Part shown: in pieces, positions 15,499 through 22,315 of the stretch
Numbering within the stretch: the stretch's first letter is position 1
How the letters are laid out: each line of letters opens with the position of its first letter
Program-made: the position numbers and the translations under genes
Source: a virus
Virus record (IMG/VR): IMGVR_UViG_3300045988_174984
Location: 1 to 48,035 of that record
Length of the DNA: 48,035 nucleotides
Direction: 5' to 3' (one strand)
The notes under the pieces: model-generated
The model's database searches: none
What the model saw: only the letters and a program-made list of their open reading frames with translations
Told to the model about the DNA's origin: nothing

Positions 15499-15905
15499 AC
15501 TGGCAGGCCGCCGGTGCGCTTGCCCTCTTGGCCATCGGTTTTGCCGCAGGGTATGGCGTGAGGGGCACCAAGGCCGACGCGGAGATGGCCGAGCTGCAGA
15601 AGTCAGAGGCATTAGCGCGTGCGGCACAAGGGGGAAAAGACTATGCAAAACTTGTCGCCGCAGTGGATGCGGCCGCTTCTGTCAGCGGCGAGCTTGATAG
15701 TGCTCGCGTTGACGCTGAGCGGATGCGCCGGTCCTTCGAGCGTCGTCTGCGCAGAGCCGAATCCATTGCCCAAGACGCTGACGGAGCCGAGCTTGCCCGC
15801 TGCACAAGACTACTCCGAGAAAGTGTCGATCTACTTTCAGAAGGTAGAGAGCTGGCTATCAGAAGCGCCGCAAAAGCAGACGCAGTAAGCGCGCTCCACA
15901 AATGA
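15495..15905 (+). CDS. i-spanin (Rz-like)
   Basis: N-terminal TM helix (AAGALALLAIGFAAG) followed by a charged coiled-coil-like periplasmic part. It contains the embedded o-spanin. Confidence 0.6.
   Translation: MNWQAAGALALLAIGFAAGYGVRGTKADAEMAELQKSEALARAAQGGKDYAKLVAAVDAAASVSGELDSARVDAERMRRSFERRLRRAESIAQDADGAELARCTRLLRESVDLLSEGRELAIRSAAKADAVSALHK
15643..15888 (+). CDS. o-spanin (Rz1-like lipoprotein) embedded in the +1 frame
   Basis: Signal sequence plus lipobox LTLSGC, Pro-rich mature part, entirely nested within the i-spanin gene. Confidence 0.6.
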   Translation: MQNLSPQWMRPLLSAASLIVLALTLSGCAGPSSVVCAEPNPLPKTLTEPSLPAAQDYSEKVSIYFQKVESWLSEAPQKQTQ

Positions 15906-16091
15906 AGAAACCCCGTCCGGGCATCACGCTCTGGCGGGGTCTCTTCAGTGTTCTAAACGAAGGCGAGGTGTGCGTCAATCCATCTTGAGCGAAAGCTCTA
16001 GATGTCGACCAAGAGAATAAAGGGCTTTGGCGACGGCGTCAATTTTGGTGCTGACGATGACCGACCTAAGAGACCTCGCCTTTTAGCCTTT

Positions 16092-17318
16092 TTACCAACG
16101 GCTGTAAAATGGTTTACAGGCGGGGTTGTCGGATCGGCGAACTTCCGGCAGCAGGTAGTCCGCCCACTCCTGAAGAAGCGCGCGTCTCTGCTCGAGCAAA
16201 TCGTCGCGTTGGTAAGCCCTGAATACCTGATTGCCAACTGCGTGCATCAGACACTTTTCAGAGACGAGGAAGTTTTTCTCGTTCTTCGCACACCAATCCG
16301 CAAACGTCGATCGCAGTCCATGCGTCGTGATGGGCTGATCTGTGACAGACTTGAATGTGTTTAGCACCGTCGCAAGGGTTAACGGCCTGCCGTTCCGACA
16401 GCTAAAAAGAAATTCGCCTGATGTATCCAGCCGATGCAGCAGCGCCCTCGCCTGCCGAGACAGAGGCACGACGAAGGGGTACGGCTTCTTGTCTTTCCGT
16501 CGGGAAGGAGGTACGGTGAACGTCGCAGCATCTAAGTCGATCTCGGCCCACTGCGCGCACCTAAACTCAGATGCACGGCCAACCGTTAAGCAGCCGAAAA
16601 CAGCGCAGAGCGCGCTGACGGTATCCCCCCGCCATAGCTGCTGAACGACCCGCCCAAGCTCGGCTGAGGAGACCGCCGAGTGGTGGTTCTCAGGCTTGCC
16701 GCGTAAAACGACGGCCTGACTAGGGAGCACCGCATCAAGGTTGTTCTTCCACACGGCGGGGTTCTTCTCAATCCACCCCCTCAGGATCGCGTAGTCGAAC
16801 ACCGCGAGCATGCGGCTCTGCCAATCTTTCGCTATCCGCGGCTTAGTTGTCCATGCCTCCCGCAGCACGGCGGCGCAGTCATCCCGTGTGATTCCGTCGA
16901 TCTTTTGTGTGCCAAACCGCTCGGCGAGTTCACGAAATGAGCGCCGCCAGCTTTGCTCGGTACGTGCTCCTTGAAACTGCCGCATGGCAAGAACATGTTC
17001 GAGCGCTTCTGGGGCGAGCTCCCCGAACGTGGGCATTTGCTTTTTCTTTTCTGCGCGCTTTTGTTCTGCCCGCACCTCGGCTTTTTGCTCGAGCGGGTCG
17101 ATACCCTGCGCAACCTGTGCCTTAGCTAGGTTGGCTTTCGCCAGTACCGCCGTGATTGGCTGAGTTGTCCCGCCGAGGCCGAGCTCACGGCGACGGCCGT
17201 TAATGCTGTACTTTAAAAGCCACGACATCCCGCGGGGTGTGACGCGAAGGTAGACCCCCCGATCGTAGCAGTGAATGCCTATGGGCAAGCGATTGATATC
17301 CTTGAGAGCGAATTTCAT
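16092..17318 (-). CDS. int: Tyrosine integrase (P4-type, DUF4102-like N-terminal arm-binding domain)
   Basis: N-terminus has GVYLRVTPRGMSWLLKYSINGRRRELGLG. C-terminus has HGLRSTF...LMHAVGN..RAYQR (R..H..R..Y catalytic pattern). Confidence 0.9.
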   Translation of the reverse strand: MKFALKDINRLPIGIHCYDRGVYLRVTPRGMSWLLKYSINGRRRELGLGGTTQPITAVLAKANLAKAQVAQGIDPLEQKAEVRAEQKRAEKKKQMPTFGELAPEALEHVLAMRQFQGARTEQSWRRSFRELAERFGTQKIDGITRDDCAAVLREAWTTKPRIAKDWQSRMLAVFDYAILRGWIEKNPAVWKNNLDAVLPSQAVVLRGKPENHHSAVSSAELGRVVQQLWRGDTVSALCAVFGCLTVGRASEFRCAQWAEIDLDAATFTVPPSRRKDKKPYPFVVPLSRQARALLHRLDTSGEFLFSCRNGRPLTLATVLNTFKSVTDQPITTHGLRSTFADWCAKNEKNFLVSEKCLMHAVGNQVFRAYQRDDLLEQRRALLQEWADYLLPEVRRSDNPACKPFYSRW

Positions 17319-17529
17319 ACAGGTTTCATACAGAAGGTTGCGTTAAACTGCCTAGCATTGCGGTGAAATACTAGAGCACTGCGAAGCTAACCGTATGAAA
17401 CTGCTTAAATTTACCGCGTTATGCAGGGATTTGCAGACATCTATCTATGCGTCATGCTCACGGCTTACGCCCTTTTAAAATCACATAGTTACGCAGGCAA
17501 TTTCGCTTTTCATACGGCGTTTCATACAG
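17313..17529. promoter_or_regulatory. Probable attP region with five TTTCATAC(A/G)G arm-type repeats
   Basis: Copies at 17313..17322, 17324..17333, 17391..17400 (inverted), 17508..17517 and 17520..17529. Two tandem pairs have 11-12 bp phasing. The region is directly upstream of int and is non-coding. Confidence 0.45.
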
Positions 17530-17674
17530 ATATTAGACATGCGTGTACGCGGTCGTCAAGGGTAAAGTGATCATATACAAACTTGGTATAAACCCGTAAT
17601 TGCGTGCGGGAACGAAGTGATGCGCGGTAGGCTTGAGAGTACTTTGGATTATCAGAAGCCTGAAAGAGGGATGT

Positions 17675-18124
17675 ATGAAAACTTCGATGGTGGCGGTTGC
17701 CTTGCTTTTGCTTTCCGAAGCTGCGCTGTGCAGCTCTTGGTCGTATATTGGCACTTCTGAGCAGAATGCATCGTTTATCGAATCAACCACCATATCGGAC
17801 GAGGGGCAAGATACCAAAGGGTTTTGGGTCGCAATGGTAACTGCGGATAAAGCGCTGCCCTTTGACACTGCGGTCACCTATATGCAGGCGAAATGCCGCA
17901 AGCGGCAGATTAGGGCTGTGCAGAGCGATTTTTACTTACAAGGCAAGCGTAAGGGCGGCGATGCAGTTTCTGCCCCCTGGCAGCGTGTCATACCTGACAC
18001 CATTGGGGAAAGCTTTCTTTTGTTCGCTTGCCAAAAATACGACCCGATGAACTACACCATCCCAGATACCCCCGTTATGGAGCTGTGGAAAATCGCGCAG
18101 CCTCTAATCGAAAAGCGCAAGTAG
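17675..18124 (+). CDS. Secreted protein (moron); possibly surface-adhesin protein E-like
   Basis: Signal peptide MKTSMVAVALLLLSEAALC, a W..IG...FI....I N-terminal pattern and two conserved Cys. It has its own orientation in an AT-richer island, convergent with the tail genes. Confidence 0.55.
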   Translation: MKTSMVAVALLLLSEAALCSSWSYIGTSEQNASFIESTTISDEGQDTKGFWVAMVTADKALPFDTAVTYMQAKCRKRQIRAVQSDFYLQGKRKGGDAVSAPWQRVIPDTIGESFLLFACQKYDPMNYTIPDTPVMELWKIAQPLIEKRK

Positions 18125-18128
18125 CGCG

Positions 18129-18445
18129 CTATTTCCACCTCCCTATAGCTAAGTAGCCGGAAAGCGTCGTTAAGCCGATGTTATCTATCGCTACGCGCTC
18201 GACGCTAAAGCCGGTGGGAGTGACCGTTGTCGGGTATAGCTCCCGGTCGTAAGATGCAACCGCTCGTGTCGAAACTTTGGACACTAATACTGTAGGGGTA
18301 TCGATGAAAGGCGTTGGAAAGGTTGTTTCCAACGCGATCGTATCAGATCTTATGATCATTATCCCGTTCAGAAATTTGAGGACGTTACCCCCCCCCCGTC
18401 AGCTGTAAGAGCGTTCAGCACATTCAGTATTTTTGCGTTCAACAT
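18129..18445 (-). CDS. Tail-fibre tip paralogue 4, poly-G gated (out of frame with G10; in frame with G11, 105 aa)
   Basis: AGGAGG RBS plus ATG at 18445, then MLNAKILNVLNALTAD, then G10. This frame stops at TGA after 25 codons. The +1 G frame reads ...GGGGNVLKFLNGIMIIRSD...GYLAIGRWK, paralogous to 19936..20307. Confidence 0.7.
18388..18397 (-). repeat. Homopolymer G10 (C10 on the + strand) at codon 17 of tip paralogue 4
   Basis: Counted directly: ccc at 18388..18390 plus ccccccc at 18391..18397. Confidence 0.9.
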
Positions 18446-18495
18446 ATCACCCTCCTTTTAGCGGCCTGCGTTGCACCGCTGTGTTGGTTCTGTTG

Positions 18496-18872
18496 TCATT
18501 TCCATGCTCCTATCGCTATCCAGTACAACGCAGAACTTCCGTCTGTATTGGTGTTCCCGCCTGATGCATACTTAAATCCTGTTGCAGTCAAATAAGCTTC
18601 ATAAGTAAAGGAATAGCCCCACGCGTCAGCAAGGCTTTGAACCATTGACGCAATAATTGGTGATGCGGCAAAAGGGACGGGAAAGGTAAAAGTAACAACC
18701 TTCGCGTTATTGCTGTTCGCCACATTCTTACCCCACTGAATCATTAACCCGTTTGCGAACTTCTGGTAGCCCGCACGCGGGCCGCCTTCAGTAATCGCAC
18801 CTTTGCCGAGATAGTCAAGTACGGCCTTAACCGTGTCCTGATCTACCCCCCCCCCTCTAATAAATTACTCAT
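18496..18872 (-). CDS. Tail-fibre tip paralogue 3, poly-G gated (out of frame with G10; in frame with G11, 125 aa)
   Basis: AAGGAG RBS plus ATG at 18872. MSNLLE, then G10, then TAG in the present phase. With one more G it reads GGGVDQDTVKAVLDYLGKG...FANGLMIQWGKN...VTFTFPVPF...TATGF...YWIAIGAWK. Confidence 0.7.
18846..18855 (-). repeat. Homopolymer G10 (C10 on the + strand) at codon 6-9 of tip paralogue 3
   Basis: Counted directly: 18846..18855. Confidence 0.9.
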
Positions 18873-19116
18873 CGTTTGCACTCCTTAATTCGGGCGGCAA
18901 CTGACTCCGATTCAGCTCGGACTCGTATGCCTCACGGCAGTGGTCGACCTGCCAAAAGAAAAGACCGTTAATGATCCGAGCTAATCTGGGGCGCCCTTTC
19001 AGCTTCCCGCGATACGCCCGGCTCGAAATCGTCTCATCCGCGTAACCACCCGCCAAGGTGTTCACTAGCTGATCGAGGGCTACGAGAACTTGAAAGTAAT
19101 CAGGATGCCGGCTCAT
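18865..19116 (-). CDS. Small conserved-looking protein of unknown function within the tip locus
   Basis: ATG at 19116 gives MSRHPDYFQVLVALDQLVNTLAGGYADETISSRAYR...HCREAYESE. Its stop, TAA 18865..18867, overlaps the ATG of paralogue 3. Confidence 0.55.
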   Translation of the reverse strand: MSRHPDYFQVLVALDQLVNTLAGGYADETISSRAYRGKLKGRPRLARIINGLFFWQVDHCREAYESELNRSQLPPELRSANDE

Positions 19117-19567
19117 AAGGCGTCGTCCATACCTTTGTCTGCGCAGCCCCTGCCAGTTGGAGAGCGCGGGCAAGCTGTTTGATTGTCGGCTCTGCCACCG
19201 TGTTGTCGGCCAGCACCCACACTTGCTTAGTGGTATCGAGGTCGACGCCTAAGACAGTCGCGGCGGCAATCGTGCGGCCCATGCGGGTCTGCGCAGTTTC
19301 GTCACCATCGAAGACCATGCCGTCCACTTCGACTGTGATCTTGCTTACCGTGTCAGCGCGTTCCCGCTTAGCCTTGGCAAGCTCTGCCGCGGCCTGCTCT
19401 TCGGGCGTAGGCGCGGGTACAGCCACGATCTGAAAGCGCCGTTTGCCGTCTGCGTCCTTGTCAATCTCTTTGATGTACCGATCCCCGAAGCCGTTGCACC
19501 ATGCCGCGGCTTCCGGCGGGTAGATGCCGACAAAGATTTGACCGATAGAGAACTGTTCGTCTGTCAT
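19100..19567 (-). CDS. Tail-fibre assembly/chaperone-like protein (DUF4376-like C-terminal region)
   Basis: ATG at 19567 with an AAGGA RBS. The pattern VEVDGMVFDGDETAQTRM...WVLADNTVAEPTIKQL resembles the DUF4376 domain of tail-fibre assembly proteins. Confidence 0.55.
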   Translation of the reverse strand: MTDEQFSIGQIFVGIYPPEAAAWCNGFGDRYIKEIDKDADGKRRFQIVAVPAPTPEEQAAAELAKAKRERADTVSKITVEVDGMVFDGDETAQTRMGRTIAAATVLGVDLDTTKQVWVLADNTVAEPTIKQLARALQLAGAAQTKVWTTPYEPAS

Positions 19568-19577
19568 GTTTGTTTCC

Positions 19578-19936
19578 TTAAAAACCGACTGCAAGCCAAG
19601 AGGCGTATTTCGCAAACGGCGCTGAGTCGATGTTTTTTTCCAGTGCCACGTTAGTTGTTGTTGGTGTTCCTTTTAATGCGATTCGCTCAATACGCCCCGA
19701 GGAGGCGCCCGTTTGACTAAATGCCAACGAGATTGAGGCGGGGTTAGTAAACGGCACAACAAAAGTAATTACAGAGGTCACCGCCCGTAACGGCCCGCCC
19801 TGAATCTTTAACCCGTTTGCCAATTCCATACTCCACGACGAGGTCGTGTTCGTCCTGCGCTTTTCAACAAGAAACGTGTTTAAAACCTTGAGGATTTCCG
19901 GCGATGCGGATACCCCCCCCCCCGTTGATTGGTCAT
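19578..19936 (-). CDS. Tail-fibre tip paralogue 2, poly-G gated (out of frame with G11; in frame with G12 or G9, 119 aa)
   Basis: ATG at 19936 overlaps the stop of paralogue 1 (TAATG). MTNQ, then CG11. The present phase ends after 18 aa. With +1 G it reads GGGVSASPEILKVLNTFL...LANGLKIQGG...ITFVVPFTNP...YASWLAVGF. Confidence 0.7.
19913..19923 (-). repeat. Homopolymer G11 (C11 on the + strand) at codon 5-8 of tip paralogue 2
   Basis: Counted directly: 19913..19923. Confidence 0.9.
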
Positions 19937-20307
19937 TACTTCCACCTCCCGTAAGCGGTAAAAACAAGGGTTTTGTTTAGCGTCGAGTTTCTAGAAATTA
20001 AAAAATTGGTTGTCGTGATTTGTCTCGGCGCGATAACGGTCAGCCAACTAGTTTTGCCGCTCGAGTCGTTAATCGACAAAACAACGTGTGGAGCCGTAGT
20101 AAACCCGACCGAGAAAGTAACAGTGCAGTACTCGGTGTCTGCGCCATTGACGTCTTTTTGCATCAGCTCTTGCAGTCCGCTGTTCCATCTGCGGCAAAAA
20201 TAGTCGCCGCCCGGCGTACCCAAAACTTGCACGACAAAATCAGCGGAACCGCTGTGCAAGGCATTGAGCACCGCTTTAACGGTCCTTTGTGGTGTTAGTT
20301 CTGCCAT
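19936..20307 (-). CDS. Tail-fibre tip paralogue 1 (intact, no homopolymer); small putative receptor-binding tip protein
   Basis: 123 aa. Its ATG overlaps the fibre stop (TAATG). TVKAVLNAL helix, then a C-terminal pattern VTFSVGFTTAPHVVLS...TTTNF...FTAYGRWK resembling the C-terminal tip domain of many phage tail fibres (gp53-like, tentative). Confidence 0.7.
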   Translation of the reverse strand: MAELTPQRTVKAVLNALHSGSADFVVQVLGTPGGDYFCRRWNSGLQELMQKDVNGADTEYCTVTFSVGFTTAPHVVLSINDSSGKTSWLTVIAPRQITTTNFLISRNSTLNKTLVFTAYGRWK

Positions 20308-22265
20308 TACGTAATTCCGTTTTCAGTAGCGAATTGGGTGAATGCCGCCAAAATCTCTGCGGCGGTTGTGTCTGCCGGAATAGCACCATCAGCGATATCA
20401 GTGGGCCCGACCTTGTCTTTGCTGGCCAGTGCGCCGAGCGTAGGCTTGCCGCCCAAATTCGCCCAAGTGAAATTGACAGTGGCCACATAGCCGGATAGGT
20501 CGGGCGCAGGGGCAAGCGTTGTGATTGCCGCCTTCAATGTCGCGGCGCTAATGACGCACCCTGCCGTGGCCGTGCCGGCTTCTGCGGCCGCGTTGGTCAT
20601 CTGTGCGGGTTTATTCAGCAGGACGCCCTTACCCGTGGTCGCATTCCAGTCCGTTTGCACTTGAGCCGCAGGGATAGTCGGCTTGCCGGAGATGCCGGCC
20701 CACGTGAAATCCGTTTTCAGCAGATAGCCGGATAAGTCTTGTGCGGGCGCCCATTTCTGAATCGCGGCCTTGACGCCTGCCGCAGTCACCGTGCCAAACT
20801 TCGCCGCCGTGCCGGTCTCCAGTTCTGCTTTCTGCACTGTGTACTCGGCTGGCGCGACTGCCTTAATTGACGCCTTTAACTGCGCGGCAGAGATCGTGCC
20901 TTGATCGGTGGCCGTGCCTGCGCTCACTGCTGCCGAAGTCAGTTGAATTGGCTTGTTCTTGATGTAGCTTTTAGCAGCTGTATCCGTCTCAGTCCAGTCG
21001 GCCTGAATCTGCCCCGATGAGGCTTGGTTGGCGTACTCCTTCGCCTTATCTTCTGAGGCCTTAGCCGCAGCGGCAGAGGCCGCCGCCGCGTCTTGCGAGG
21101 ACTTCGCAGCGCTTGCGCTTGCCGCCGCAGCAGCGGCTCGGCCGCCGGCTTCTGTAGCCGACGTGGCTGCCGCTGCCGCACTCTGGGACGCGGCGGAGGC
21201 AGAACCGGCCGCGGCTGTCTTTGAGGATGCCGCCGCTGTCTCCGATGCCTTGGCTTTTGCTTCAGAAACCCCTGCGGCTGTAGCTGAAGAAACCGCTACG
21301 TTCTCGGAGGTCTCGGCCGCTTTGGCTGCGGCAGACGCCGCATCAGCGAAGCCGCTTGCTTTGTTGGCGCTGGCCTCCGCGGCAGCAGCTTGCGCCGTCG
21401 CCTTAGCGAGCGAGTCTGAGCCCGCGGCGATAACGTCTTGCTTCCACCTCTGACCGGTAGCGACCACCGTGTCGTTCCACGTGCCGCCGGTCTGGGTAAT
21501 GCGGTCTACCTCACCCTGCCCGTTGAGCTTGATGTCCGCGACAACAGCTGAGCCGGCCGTCGAGATGCGGCTCGCCTGTTCCTGCCCGACTGACTGCACG
21601 TTTGAAATCTGCGTGCCGCCTTCCGTTTGGATCGCGGCAATCTGCTTTCGCCCTTCAGCCGTCACTTGCTCTTTCATGACGTTAATGGCGTTCTTCGAGG
21701 CTTCGGCTTCCACAGCCGAGGAGGCCGCAGCCGCCGCAGAAGCCGCCGCGTCACTGGCACTGGTCGCAGAAGCAGACGCTGAGTTGGCGGCCTCTCCGGC
21801 CTTCGCGACCGCCTCATCGCGCGCATCGAAAAGCGCTTGCGTGAACTGTTCCGGCGTCCTGTCGCCGAGCTCCGGTGCCAGTACCGCCCGATCAAGGCGG
21901 TCCAGAAGCTGTTGGCTAAGCGCGGTGTTCTTGTCCCACGCGGCGTTCAGGTCCTCTGCGTTAAACGCCCCCTGATTCTGCAAAGCGAGAAGCTGGGTGT
22001 ACGGGATGTTCGAAAGGATGACAAGCTTGGCGCCCGCTGCCAGAGGGGCCGAAAGCGTAACGGTGCCGCCGACGGTCTGCGCAGAGGCCGAGGCCAGCGT
22101 GACAGAGTACTGCGTCGTATCGAGCAAAGTACCCGATGCCGCGTCGGCCGCGCGGACGTAGACCTTAACTTGGTCGGCGGCGAAGACGCGGAAAGGGAAC
22201 GTGTATGAATTCACGTCCCCTGTGCCGACATACGTCTGACTGCGCCGAATTTCGGTACTGATCAT
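20307..22265 (-). CDS. Tail fibre protein
   Basis: 652 aa. The N-terminal YTFPFRVF...QYSV pattern is typical of fibre anchoring domains. There is a long Ala-rich coiled region and three EAGTAT..ISAA.LKA.I fibre repeats. Confidence 0.8.
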   Translation of the reverse strand: MISTEIRRSQTYVGTGDVNSYTFPFRVFAADQVKVYVRAADAASGTLLDTTQYSVTLASASAQTVGGTVTLSAPLAAGAKLVILSNIPYTQLLALQNQGAFNAEDLNAAWDKNTALSQQLLDRLDRAVLAPELGDRTPEQFTQALFDARDEAVAKAGEAANSASASATSASDAAASAAAAASSAVEAEASKNAINVMKEQVTAEGRKQIAAIQTEGGTQISNVQSVGQEQASRISTAGSAVVADIKLNGQGEVDRITQTGGTWNDTVVATGQRWKQDVIAAGSDSLAKATAQAAAAEASANKASGFADAASAAAKAAETSENVAVSSATAAGVSEAKAKASETAAASSKTAAAGSASAASQSAAAAATSATEAGGRAAAAAASASAAKSSQDAAAASAAAAKASEDKAKEYANQASSGQIQADWTETDTAAKSYIKNKPIQLTSAAVSAGTATDQGTISAAQLKASIKAVAPAEYTVQKAELETGTAAKFGTVTAAGVKAAIQKWAPAQDLSGYLLKTDFTWAGISGKPTIPAAQVQTDWNATTGKGVLLNKPAQMTNAAAEAGTATAGCVISAATLKAAITTLAPAPDLSGYVATVNFTWANLGGKPTLGALASKDKVGPTDIADGAIPADTTAAEILAAFTQFATENGIT

Positions 22266-22315
22266 GTGTGAATCCGGTTGCCGAATTCACGTGCTCTAAG
22301 CTCTGATTTTAGCGG

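Noticed and set aside
19937-19967. TTG start at 19967 for tip paralogue 2, as in the ORF track
   Set aside because: It is a non-ATG codon 32 nt inside the upstream gene with no Shine-Dalgarno sequence. The TAATG-coupled ATG at 19936 fits the coupling used at other - strand gene junctions in this genome (20307, 28429).
20939-21453. Possible tandem repeat or CRISPR-like periodicity in the fibre gene
   Set aside because: It is Ala/Ser-rich low-complexity coding sequence (a coiled shaft), not spaced direct repeats. No CRISPR array was seen anywhere in the window.
18129-22265. Diversity-generating retroelement or invertase-driven fibre switching
   Set aside because: There is no reverse transcriptase, no template/variable repeat pair and no serine invertase or inverted crossover sites around the fibre locus. 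The homopolymer tracts are the only evident variation device.
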